Assembly: GCA_963817915.1 (NCBI GenBank) | Contig: CAWFQL010000016.1 | Coordinates: 205,690-269,689, forward strand | Origin: an uncultured candidate division Zixibacteria bacterium | GTDB lineage: Bacteria > Zixibacteria > MSB-5A5 > UBA10806 | Length of the DNA stretch: 64,000 nt | Direction of reading: 5' to 3' | In this document: positions 27,766 through 37,422 of the stretch, in pieces | Layout: each line of letters begins with the position of its first letter | Position numbering within the stretch: the stretch's first letter is position 1 | Notes under the pieces: model-generated | Seen by the model: the letters and a program-made list of their open reading frames with translations, nothing else | The model's database searches: none | What the model was told of the DNA's origin: nothing | Made by a program: the position numbers and the translations under genes

Positions 27766-29220
27766 TTAATCTATCGGCAATGTAAATTCCACGACGGCGC
27801 CATTGTCGTTGTAGAATTTAATCTGGCCGCCATGTTCTTTGATTATTTTTTCGATTATGACCAGTCCCAGACCAGTGCCTCGTTTTTTCGATGTAATATA
27901 AGGCTGATCGATCTTTTCAAGCTTTTCCCTGGGAAATCCCGGACCGTTGTCCTTGAAAATTATATTTATATTGTTTGACTGTTTGCTGACATCTATAGTG
28001 GCTTCAATATCTTTTTGCGATGCTTCGATACTGTTTTTTAGGAGATTATTGAATACTCGTGTAATCATTTGCTGATCGATACTTATTGATGGCAGGTTGT
28101 CGGGAATATTAATTTTAATTGAGATCCTCTGGGACCCCGAATAAGACTGCGCGCAATTTTCGATTAGCTGCTTCAGAGAGCATTTCGATTTTTTTAACTC
28201 AGGCTCCCTGGCAAATGTAGCAAATTGATCGGCCAAATCCTGAAGAATCGTAATTTGATTTTGAATTGAATTCAAAGCCTGTTCGGTCTTTTCACCAGTT
28301 ACCTTTTGGATATCGCCGCAAATTTCCCGAAGCCTGTATATTTCGATATTAATCGGAGTCAAAGGATTTCTGATTTCGTGGGCAATTCTCCGAGCTACCT
28401 CGCGCCAAGCGACTAACCTCTGCATCTCCATCATCTTCTTCTGGTTTTCGCTGATTTCTAACGCCATCTTATTGAATGAATCAGCTAAATTAGAAAATTC
28501 GTCATCGCCGGCGAGTTCTACCTTGAAATCGAGGTTGCCTGCTCCTATCTGACGGGCGCCATTGCCGAGCACGACGAGCGGTTTCGATAGCTGCTTGCTG
28601 ACAACGGCCGACACTGCCAGGCCCGCAAATACGACCAGCCCCATGGCCATCAGAGTGGACAAGCCAAGCAGCTTCAATGATAGCTTACGATACATTTCAA
28701 GACCGCTGGAGGCCGCTACCGCCAGGGCCAATCTCTGCCCGCTCTCCGCATATCCAGCGGGCATAAGAATGGCGCATCCAATTTCAGATAAAGAATCTCC
28801 ACGGGCCGCCGCAAGAAAGAAACGGCCATCGATATTCAAATGAAAGAAGCCTGATTTGCCCTTCAATTCCAACCAGAGGGAATTGGCATCAATTTGGATT
28901 GAATCGTTTAATGCAAATAGAGTGTCGGCATTGCTTATTCTGAATGCCAGATCGACATTGTTTTCATGCGCCCATTTTAAAAGGCCGGAATTATCGGATA
29001 TCGCAAAGCCCGGCTGCAATTTATCAACCAATACAGCAGATAACCTATTTTGCGATTGCTCTATCATCTGTTCGGCGTTTTCGAGGTTTTTCTCCAACGC
29101 TCCCGCGCCTACTTTATTCAAAGTCGAATTGAGAAGGCTAAACGATAATGCCATTATCAAAATTACCGGAATCAGACCCACCGATAATATGATGATGAAT
29201 ATCCGCCTGCGAAATGACAT
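27766..29220 (-). CDS. NtrY-like sensor histidine kinase (HAMP-HisKA-HATPase)
   Basis: 2 TM, HAMP, AWREVARRIAHEIRNPLTP, NLLKNS, DNGPG, GTGLGL. Confidence 0.92.
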   Translation of the reverse strand: MSFRRRIFIIILSVGLIPVILIMALSFSLLNSTLNKVGAGALEKNLENAEQMIEQSQNRLSAVLVDKLQPGFAISDNSGLLKWAHENNVDLAFRISNADTLFALNDSIQIDANSLWLELKGKSGFFHLNIDGRFFLAAARGDSLSEIGCAILMPAGYAESGQRLALAVAASSGLEMYRKLSLKLLGLSTLMAMGLVVFAGLAVSAVVSKQLSKPLVVLGNGARQIGAGNLDFKVELAGDDEFSNLADSFNKMALEISENQKKMMEMQRLVAWREVARRIAHEIRNPLTPINIEIYRLREICGDIQKVTGEKTEQALNSIQNQITILQDLADQFATFAREPELKKSKCSLKQLIENCAQSYSGSQRISIKINIPDNLPSISIDQQMITRVFNNLLKNSIEASQKDIEATIDVSKQSNNINIIFKDNGPGFPREKLEKIDQPYITSKKRGTGLGLVIIEKIIKEHGGQIKFYNDNGAVVEFTLPID

Positions 29221-29310
29221 AAGTATTAATTAGCCTTTAATTCCGTGCGATGTCAATCCTGAATTGATAGTTGGTATTAGTAAGGAAGATAAGACTGGGT
29301 GCCGATCAAT

Positions 29311-32300
29311 TTAATAAATCTTGTATATGGCTGAAAATGCCCAATAATACGGCAGGCCATTATAAATGCCATAATTATATGAATTTGCCTCGCCGACAGC
29401 CTTGGTCAATTCTATGCCATCCCGCAGATCAGTAAGCAATTTCCAAAAATAGTATGACAATGATTGTTCCGGAATTGACCAAAGAGGTTTAAGATATGAA
29501 TCGAATCCATCTCTGCCAGCCAGCATTATTTCCAAGGCAATTTCCTTGCTTTTAGTCATTGAGTCTCGCGGAATTTCGCTTATAATCGAATTTGACCGGT
29601 TAATATTTTCTCCGGCAATATTTAGATATGAGCGACCGCTGATAATAATCTTTCCATAATGTTCATTACATTTACCGACCGCCTCCGCGATTCCCATAAT
29701 CGCCAGCGTGGCATTATCGCTTGACGCGCTGGTGTCAATAAAGCAAGGCATGGTTTTTAAGCTTTTTCGAGTTACCGTCTTGCCGGGAAGTCCAATGGCT
29801 CTTGTTATTGAATACATATCGGCCAGGTATGCGGCTCCGGGCCTCTTTAACGCCTCAAACGGAAATGCCATCCACTCGAAATCAGGACAAATTATCAAAT
29901 CGGTTTTTTGCTCCAATTGCTTTTCGAATGGCAAAATCAGAACATTATACCAGTATTCCAACGCTGAATCAGCGCGACTCTGATATTTCATAACTTCTGA
30001 AAAAGAACCAATATCCCTATTTATCGAAGCAGTATCTTTCGACACGCTGCTATGTATCAATGTATCCTCGTCAATGTAAAACAACTCAAGCTCAGTCGGT
30101 GTTTGATAAAGCCTTATTACCGCATTATTGCCGTTCAATTTTGTTTGCAGATCACTCAGGCTTCCGCCATACCCGGCCCAGAGCGCGATTCTACTGTTAT
30201 TTTCTCCACCGGATTTTGTAAGATAATTCGAGTAATTTCCTGATGAATCATTTTCAAATAATTTTATGCTTTTGTCCAGGATCGATTCATCGACACTATC
30301 ATACCTGCCAATCAAAATATTTTCCTCTGCCAGCTCGCGCACGAAGCCGACTTCAAAATAAGCCAATGACGAAGATAGATCGCGAATTTCAATTTTATAT
30401 GCAGCATAATCATCATAAAATTGCGCGATGTTGCCATCGAGAAAATATTTATTCCTGAAGTAACCTGATTCAGTCGGAATTATCCTAACAATCGAATCAG
30501 CGCTCGCCAAGTATTTTTCTAATTGCGGTCCCTTAAGCGATTTCCCCATGTGGTAATATGCACGCCATTTCAAAAAGCGTGTAACGGCAGGGTTATTATG
30601 TTCGGCCGCGGCCAAAAATAATTCGTTCGCTTTGTTTTGATCGCCGCGCTTTTCATTTAGTAAGGCCAATTGATATTGACAGAGAGAGCGCATGAATTCG
30701 TCCGATGTGGAATCTGATATACTCTGAAAAAGCGAATCGGCTTTCTCGCCAAGGCTCGCACGAGTAGCTGCCTGCTTAAACTCTAAAATATAGTCCTTTT
30801 CAGCCAGCGAATCGGATTTGATATATTCCAACGCTAATCTGTATTGTTCGAGCGCACTTTTGTAATCGTTCTTCTGGCGGAGAATATCGCCGATTTGCTC
30901 ATAGATACTATGGTATGTTGGCCTCGAATCGCCGGTAGCCGTTGCCAACGCCTTTTGGGCATAAAACCAAGCCGAATCCGTCTTATCAAACCATTGATAT
31001 ATTTCACTCCTCTCAAGACTGCCCTGAATACCATAATATTTACTATCCGGCAGGCCTTCCAATTGAGTCAGAGCTTTTCGCGGATTGCTATTCAATAGAT
31101 AAGAATGGCTCAAGAGCAGTCTGCTTCTAAAAACCGAGAATGAGTCTCCAGAAGTTTGCGAATATTTGTAAGCGTCCTGCAAAATTGTATTTTCTCGACC
31201 ATAATAATAAAGAGCATTATATATTTTCGATATTGCGGACGAGACACGATAGGCATTGCGATAATCATTATTATCCAGATATGGCTGCAATGATTTCGAA
31301 TAATTCGCCCCGGCTTCAGCATAATTATTCTCCATATAAAATGACTGACCGAGCGTGAAATAGGAAGCCGCCTTTAATGTATCATCATTCGCCCCCTCGG
31401 CCAAATTTACTGCCAGAATTGCATACTTTTTCATATCGTCAGGCTTTTTTAAGTCACTATAATATCGAGCGAAATCCAAATATCCTCTAACTACGATACT
31501 GGAATCACCTGATTTAATACCGATATCGATCGATTTATTAAGCGCCAAGTATTCGTCATCGTACAGTTTCGCGTTGCGCGCGATTCGCGCGTAATCCTGC
31601 CACATTTTCGCCTGTGTATTCAATGGCCAAAACAAACCGTTTATCATTTCTTTTTGGCTGCTAAGGGCTTTGCGGGAATTGCCCGCTCTAAGATAGACTC
31701 CGACTGCGCGATCCATCACGCTGTATTTGTCTGAAACCGATATTCCCGACCCTTGCCACTGAGCTAGCCCCGAATCATATAATCGTGCCGCCTTATTCCA
31801 ATCTTTCAATGCGGCCGCGCTATCCGCTCTCGCGATCGCTTGTTTATACCATAAAGCTTTTATCGTTTGTTTGTCTTTCGAATTCCAGCCGTTATTTCCA
31901 TAAAAACAGGCCTTTTCACTTTTAAAATTATTCAGGCCGGTCAATTTATAAGAAGTGTTAAATCCCTCAGCCGGACTCTGGGATTTTATTTTATCGAAAA
32001 AACTTAATAAAAATTCATTATATTGATTTTTCGAAAGGGAATCTGATAATGTTATTATGGCTCCGATACCGTTGGCCGAAAGTGATTTAAGTATCAGCCA
32101 TTTATCGGCAGCTCTATTGATTTCGGGGAAGCCGGTAATAATCAATCCAAATCCATCGGTCGAGAATTTGATAATATCTTTCACATAGAATCTTTGTCTA
32201 CTACTATCCGAACCATCCAGCGAATATTCCCAAAATGATAGCAGCGGATTTTCGCTATCATAATTTAGATGACCATCGATGACGATCCATCCAATGCCAT

Positions 32301-32691
32301 TTATACTATTGCCGGCTATCAAAGTATCAGGGGCTATTTCTACTGAATTCAATGAATTGAGCTCGGCAGAATCCAATATTGAATCGTCGAATTTAATATG
32401 GCATATATTTTCGAGCGAGTAATTATTCCGGTTCTGCCACTCGAGGCAATCATTAATTGAATAGGCGCTTTTTATTGTCTTTTGCGGATAATATTTATAC
32501 AGCAGGTTTCGTAGATATCCGCCGAAATTCCCTAACGATGAAACTATAACCGTTTGCTTTTTCTCTAATATTTTGGCTGCTGATGTTGGCAACGAATCGT
32601 TTGACCGATTTACGACAAACGAATTGATGCTATCGTGATCGATGGCCAGGACTTTGATGCTATCGTTATAATCCACGGGGAGAAGATACAA
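29311..32691 (-). CDS. C-terminal fragment of a giant exported protein: pseudo-CHAT / TPR / pseudo-CHAT
   Basis: CHAT-like motifs (GHLNYDSENPLLS; LIICPD...AFPFEAL; LWSIP; PYYWAF) without an HG/SAC dyad; TPR helices; frame open upstream of the TTG. Confidence 0.75.
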   Translation of the reverse strand: MYLLPVDYNDSIKVLAIDHDSINSFVVNRSNDSLPTSAAKILEKKQTVIVSSLGNFGGYLRNLLYKYYPQKTIKSAYSINDCLEWQNRNNYSLENICHIKFDDSILDSAELNSLNSVEIAPDTLIAGNSINGIGWIVIDGHLNYDSENPLLSFWEYSLDGSDSSRQRFYVKDIIKFSTDGFGLIITGFPEINRAADKWLILKSLSANGIGAIITLSDSLSKNQYNEFLLSFFDKIKSQSPAEGFNTSYKLTGLNNFKSEKACFYGNNGWNSKDKQTIKALWYKQAIARADSAAALKDWNKAARLYDSGLAQWQGSGISVSDKYSVMDRAVGVYLRAGNSRKALSSQKEMINGLFWPLNTQAKMWQDYARIARNAKLYDDEYLALNKSIDIGIKSGDSSIVVRGYLDFARYYSDLKKPDDMKKYAILAVNLAEGANDDTLKAASYFTLGQSFYMENNYAEAGANYSKSLQPYLDNNDYRNAYRVSSAISKIYNALYYYGRENTILQDAYKYSQTSGDSFSVFRSRLLLSHSYLLNSNPRKALTQLEGLPDSKYYGIQGSLERSEIYQWFDKTDSAWFYAQKALATATGDSRPTYHSIYEQIGDILRQKNDYKSALEQYRLALEYIKSDSLAEKDYILEFKQAATRASLGEKADSLFQSISDSTSDEFMRSLCQYQLALLNEKRGDQNKANELFLAAAEHNNPAVTRFLKWRAYYHMGKSLKGPQLEKYLASADSIVRIIPTESGYFRNKYFLDGNIAQFYDDYAAYKIEIRDLSSSLAYFEVGFVRELAEENILIGRYDSVDESILDKSIKLFENDSSGNYSNYLTKSGGENNSRIALWAGYGGSLSDLQTKLNGNNAVIRLYQTPTELELFYIDEDTLIHSSVSKDTASINRDIGSFSEVMKYQSRADSALEYWYNVLILPFEKQLEQKTDLIICPDFEWMAFPFEALKRPGAAYLADMYSITRAIGLPGKTVTRKSLKTMPCFIDTSASSDNATLAIMGIAEAVGKCNEHYGKIIISGRSYLNIAGENINRSNSIISEIPRDSMTKSKEIALEIMLAGRDGFDSYLKPLWSIPEQSLSYYFWKLLTDLRDGIELTKAVGEANSYNYGIYNGLPYYWAFSAIYKIY

Positions 32692-32698
32692 TTCATCA

Positions 32699-33061
32699 TT
32701 AGATATATTTTTCTGCAGTGAAATTGGAGATTCGGTTTCGAAATAGCAGGAAGGAGGCCAAGTTGGTATCGGCCGCGATCGCCTTATTCCTCATATCAGC
32801 AAGTCTTTGATATTGATGGGACAACTGATCACTGGTCTTTTTCAGTTCGATTTGCCCCTGGCTTCCAAGGTGTTCGAGCCGGCGTTTGGCCGATTTTAAT
32901 TCGGTCAAACTATTCGTATAATCCTTAACCTGATTGATATAGACCGAAAACAGTTTGCTTCTTGAGTCCTGTAGAGGATACAAATCGGCCCTCGCCAGTA
33001 AATTATATTTGCACTGCCTTTCGATATAAGACAATGCATCGATCAAATTATCCTTTTGCAT
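32699..33061 (-). CDS. Internal coiled-coil fragment of the same giant protein
   Basis: Frame open back to about 33250; ALSYIER plus coiled coil, typical of the region preceding CHAT domains. Confidence 0.6.
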   Translation of the reverse strand: MQKDNLIDALSYIERQCKYNLLARADLYPLQDSRSKLFSVYINQVKDYTNSLTELKSAKRRLEHLGSQGQIELKKTSDQLSHQYQRLADMRNKAIAADTNLASFLLFRNRISNFTAEKYI

Positions 33062-33179
33062 GGATATTAGAAACGCCCGGTCGTAAAGGCTATTGACGAA
33101 TTGAATATCGTCCTGAATAATTTTCGAAGGGATAATGCTCTCGTAGGAATTTATGGCATCGTTGATAGAAGTGATTGAA

Positions 33180-35639
33180 CTATCCTGGCTGAAAAATAGC
33201 CCTGATATTCCCTCGAATTTCGAATAGATATTTTCCGATAACGACTGATTTGCTGCATGTAGCGGCAGAAGACATATCTGAATTGGCTGTCGGGATATCT
33301 GAAAGAGCCAATGATGCTATCGAATGATTGGCAAGAAGCACGGTCATCATTGACTGCTCTCTTCCGTAGGGTATATCAGCCATAGCGTCTTGAAATAGTT
33401 TGCGGCTTTCCTGTAGCAGAGCGGTTGCGTTTGATCCCAGATTATTTAAGTCATTTATCCATTGCTCCAGATTAGCGCCATTGGGAAGTGTTTGAATTTC
33501 CATAATTTGAATAGCCCGATAGAATGCTATAACTCCCATGATGTTTTTCAGATTAGCCCTGGCTGTATAAAATGTCGGTTGAATATTCTTAAGTAATTTC
33601 GAAATTTCATTCTTTAACTTATCAAGTTCCGCTGGATAGTTTTTACTTTTGATCATGTAGCTTGATGAAAGAACGATTTGCGACCAATTAACGAGATCGG
33701 TATACGCGCTAATATAGTCCGCCTTTTTTACAGATATGTCATAGGCATGCTCAAAGCAGGACTGCGCCGAGTCCAGCATCCCTATCTCAAAGTAATCTCT
33801 GCCCACTTGACTCCATGCGGAGGCTAATTTGGGCCATTCGGAATTTTTTTCTAGAATTTGGAGTATTATTCTCGATGAGCCAATGGAGATCAAACGGTTG
33901 TTTGAATCTTCTGCGACTGATAATAAAAACGCGTGATTCGCTGGTTTTGTAAAACCATCGGGGTAAAGAGATCCGCCAAATGTAAACGGAGGCAATTTTA
34001 TTGTCGGAATACTAATTTTCAGAAATGTTATTATAAATCTGACACGGTCATCCTCAGTGATTCCCCCGTTTTTGGCCAGGCCTAATTCCTTAATACCCCG
34101 AAGTGCCATGTCCGATGCCCGGGTCTTATCTCCGATTGCTTGAAAACAAATAGCCTCGCCCTTGCATATATTAGCCAACATAATATGGTCTCTAATAGAA
34201 TCGAAATATACGAGCGCTACTTCATAATATTTAAGCGCAGTATCATAATCATTAAGCAATTGATAAATCATACCCAGCTTAATCGCGAATTTTGCTTTGC
34301 TCTTATTGTCGGATATTTCGACCGCCATTGAATAAAGCGTTGAAAAACAAGCTCTTGCTATATTAAGACTATCTACTTGAAATGCCGATTCACCGTAATG
34401 CATCAAATATGGTATCGTGTTCTCCCGCCTGATAATACTGGAATCGGTTTTGATCGCCGTCAGATAATTCTCGAACGCTTTTTGATACTGCGCGATCCCG
34501 AAATAACCTTCGGCGGCATTGAGATAAAATCCGGCTCTCATAAAGGGATATTGGGATGATAGCGCGATTCCGGTCAGGGAGAGATCTATGGTCTCTTCAT
34601 ACAATCCCAAAGGCTTTTTCGATGTTTGTTCAAGCAGGCAATTGACATATCCCAGTGATAGATAGCTCGCGGGGTTTTTAAAATCCAACTCTCTGGCGGA
34701 CAATAATTCTTTGCGAGCCTTACCCAGATATCCGGTAGATTTTTCACTTTCAAAGCGCGCGACAGATTCCAGCGCGTCAAAATATTTTCGGACAGGCTGT
34801 TTATCGATAATGCCGGCTGTTTTTTCCCATTTATTCCAATCCTTGGTGATTTCTATGCATTTCGCCGCGCCCCATAATGTCCTGATATTGGAATGATCCA
34901 ATTCAAGCGCGTTCGAAAAATAGTCATAGGCGGTTTTGGCGTCCTGTGATAAGATATTTTCGCCCATCGATACTAACAGCGATACCATACTTTCCCGATA
35001 GGACCGTCGGTCCGCCTCGCTGTCGACAATTTGAATGTAGTTTCCCGATGAATCATAATAGACTTTAGCGAGTAGATAGTCATTTCGCTTTCTGGCAAGG
35101 TCTCCAAGCCGTTCGTATGAATAAAACATGATGTCTTTTTCATTCGGATAGTTCGAAAGTATCTCATTGTATTTCCATTCGGCGGTCAGGCTTTGCCCGG
35201 AATAGTAGAATCTATTGGCTTGTTCCAGGACCGCAAACGCCGATAATCTTTTGTATTCCGAAAAACTGTTTCGAATAGACTCCAACATTCCGGTGGCGAT
35301 ATCCGTCGGTTCTTTCCGTGTAATATTAATTATATCCCCAATCGCCGAGTCGCCCCAGGCGGCATCTTTTCCGAAATTATCGATATAATTTACATAGATG
35401 ACGACCAGGTCCAATGGATCTCCGGTAAAGCTTGAAACCATATTTCGCAATTTTAGAAGCTGCAGATAGGAGACAAAGCCGCTGTCGGAAGGGTACCGTT
35501 GTATCCCTTGCGTAATAAGACTATCGCTGATGTCGATATTCCCGATAATATTCCCGGCAATGACACAATGGATATAAGCCTTCTTTACAATTTCAGATGA
35601 GAGACTCGCATCGTTAACCAACTTACGTGTCAAATTCAA
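33180..35639 (-). CDS. TPR-rich internal fragment of the same giant protein
   Basis: Many TPR-like helices (LGMIYQLLNDYDTALKYYEVAL); frame open upstream to about 35760. Confidence 0.72.
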   Translation of the reverse strand: MNLTRKLVNDASLSSEIVKKAYIHCVIAGNIIGNIDISDSLITQGIQRYPSDSGFVSYLQLLKLRNMVSSFTGDPLDLVVIYVNYIDNFGKDAAWGDSAIGDIINITRKEPTDIATGMLESIRNSFSEYKRLSAFAVLEQANRFYYSGQSLTAEWKYNEILSNYPNEKDIMFYSYERLGDLARKRNDYLLAKVYYDSSGNYIQIVDSEADRRSYRESMVSLLVSMGENILSQDAKTAYDYFSNALELDHSNIRTLWGAAKCIEITKDWNKWEKTAGIIDKQPVRKYFDALESVARFESEKSTGYLGKARKELLSARELDFKNPASYLSLGYVNCLLEQTSKKPLGLYEETIDLSLTGIALSSQYPFMRAGFYLNAAEGYFGIAQYQKAFENYLTAIKTDSSIIRRENTIPYLMHYGESAFQVDSLNIARACFSTLYSMAVEISDNKSKAKFAIKLGMIYQLLNDYDTALKYYEVALVYFDSIRDHIMLANICKGEAICFQAIGDKTRASDMALRGIKELGLAKNGGITEDDRVRFIITFLKISIPTIKLPPFTFGGSLYPDGFTKPANHAFLLSVAEDSNNRLISIGSSRIILQILEKNSEWPKLASAWSQVGRDYFEIGMLDSAQSCFEHAYDISVKKADYISAYTDLVNWSQIVLSSSYMIKSKNYPAELDKLKNEISKLLKNIQPTFYTARANLKNIMGVIAFYRAIQIMEIQTLPNGANLEQWINDLNNLGSNATALLQESRKLFQDAMADIPYGREQSMMTVLLANHSIASLALSDIPTANSDMSSAATCSKSVVIGKYLFEIRGNIRAIFQPG

Positions 35640-35730
35640 GAGGGAATCCCATCCGGTGGTCTGCAGATTCTCCAGGCCATCCTGAAAATCCAGCCAGGCT
35701 AAGTCTAATTTGATATCTGCCCGAAAATTA

Positions 35731-36849
35731 TTATCGGTCGGTAGACAACGCCGGCGATAATTCCATCCGAGCCAGTTCTCGCAGATCCAGATTGCCGTAA
35801 ATTTCTGCTGATTTAATTAGGGAAGATTTGCAGGAATCCGGGAAATATTTATAAGCCGAATAATAAGCATCTGCCAGAACAATCGAATCTTTATAATTTA
35901 ATGAAAATCGTAATATAGAGTCGGCGAATAGCTGTTGTTCCCGAAACGTCTTAAGCCTTGGTGTCAGGCCATCGATATTAAGCGAATAGATATCACCATC
36001 GCTACCGACCGCGGCCAGGCTTCGTTCCCGAGAAATCGCGGGCTGGTCGAAACCATACCCATAATATAGGTAGGTGACAGTATTATCATTTAATCTCAGG
36101 GTCGCTATATTGGGAATATCATCGAGATTGATTTTGTCATTATTGTCAGTATCCCGGTTTCTATTAGAATAAATAATCTCCGAGCCATCAGGAGTATAAA
36201 CGGGATGTGTGGCGATCCCATCTCCGGTATTGAGCAAAATCTGAACGGAATTACTGACATCATAAGTCGCCAGTCGCATTAATCCTGACGAATCGACAGT
36301 TACATATACGATACTTTCGCCTGAAGGCGCGAATGACGGTTCTTTTCCGGATGGGCCTTTAACGGAATTTTTGACTTTAGTATCATAAAAATAGATAACC
36401 GGCTGTTTTTCGTTATCGATATGAACATAGGCTATCTTCTTATTATTTGGTGAAATGACTGGGCTATCGAATGAGCCAGGGCCCCCGACTAATTTTTCCG
36501 TTTTTGTCCCTTTGATATCGCTTAAATAAATCTCGCCCCCGGCATTATCCTTGGTAGAAACATATAAAATCCGGTCATTCCCCCAGAACGACGGTGAGTA
36601 TTCAGAGGATGTGTTTTTTGTGACCTGCCAGCCTTTTTTGGATTTGAGATCAACAACCCAAATATCCTCGTTCCCGCTTCGAGTCGATGTGTAGGCCAGA
36701 TATCTTCCGTTAGGCGAAAACGAAGGATCATAGTCCGGAGCAAGGTGACTCGTAATCGGCGTCGGTAGATTTAATTCAGATGCGACCAGCCCTCCGCCAA
36801 GAATCAGTGAGGCGATTGCTATAATTTTGAAAATTCTGCCTATAGCCAT
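35731..36849 (-). CDS. N-terminal fragment of the giant protein: signal peptide + TolB/PD40 beta-propeller
   Basis: PSFSPNGRYLAYTS.RSGNEDIW, PSFAPSG, PVYTPDG repeats; EF-hand-like loop DTDNNDKINLDD. Confidence 0.8.
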   Translation of the reverse strand: MAIGRIFKIIAIASLILGGGLVASELNLPTPITSHLAPDYDPSFSPNGRYLAYTSTRSGNEDIWVVDLKSKKGWQVTKNTSSEYSPSFWGNDRILYVSTKDNAGGEIYLSDIKGTKTEKLVGGPGSFDSPVISPNNKKIAYVHIDNEKQPVIYFYDTKVKNSVKGPSGKEPSFAPSGESIVYVTVDSSGLMRLATYDVSNSVQILLNTGDGIATHPVYTPDGSEIIYSNRNRDTDNNDKINLDDIPNIATLRLNDNTVTYLYYGYGFDQPAISRERSLAAVGSDGDIYSLNIDGLTPRLKTFREQQLFADSILRFSLNYKDSIVLADAYYSAYKYFPDSCKSSLIKSAEIYGNLDLRELARMELSPALSTDR

Positions 36850-37422
36850 CTACTTCCTTTGCCATTTGCCGGATGATTCTTCAATCCACGAGCCGCTGGG
36901 AGAAGAGCGAGCCATAAGGCCGGCGAAATCCTGTCCCGCGATTTTCAAACTGTCTTGCGATGTTATCCCGCGCGAACTGGCGTAAAATTCCAATATGATT
37001 TTGCGATCATGATTTTCGGCCTCGACCAGATTATTTACGGCATCGATCCCCTGAATTGTATCCGACATCACGCGTACTGTCCCATCGATTTTTTCGCCCA
37101 CATATCCCTGTTTTTTCAATTCATTCAGGTCGCCCGAAATTGTCTGGCGGCGAATTTGGGCCAGAATCAATTCTCGTCTCGAGTTTCTATCGGATATTAT
37201 GGAAGTATCCGCGGGAATTTTGAATTGATCCTGGAAAAATGTTCCCCCAGACCATACCGCGGCAACCATCAAGGGGTCTTGAGATAGCCGTTCTTGTTTT
37301 CCAAGGAGCTGATTTTCAAGGGCGGTTTTATCGGATGTAATCTTCATCTCAGGCGGTTTTATAGTGCATCCTAATGATAAGATTAATCCTGCCAATACCA
37401 TATTGCGAAGGTTTATTGCCAT
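36850..37422 (-). CDS. Lipoprotein with YnbE-like N-terminus and DUF1318 (YdbL-like) domain
   Basis: Lipobox LSLG-C; KTALENQLLG; LKKQGYVGEKIDG, LVEAENHDR, FA, G.WI...G.W motifs. Confidence 0.82.
   Translation of the reverse strand: MAINLRNMVLAGLILSLGCTIKPPEMKITSDKTALENQLLGKQERLSQDPLMVAAVWSGGTFFQDQFKIPADTSIISDRNSRRELILAQIRRQTISGDLNELKKQGYVGEKIDGTVRVMSDTIQGIDAVNNLVEAENHDRKIILEFYASSRGITSQDSLKIAGQDFAGLMARSSPSGSWIEESSGKWQRK

Noticed and set aside
29311-36849. Active TPR-CHAT protease defence system (Craspase-like) or programmed frameshifting
   Set aside because: Catalytic dyad not evident; the protein has a signal peptide; no CRISPR or gasdermin-like neighbours; no slippery heptamers seen at the shifts, and similar extra bases also hit ftsX and the MCP.
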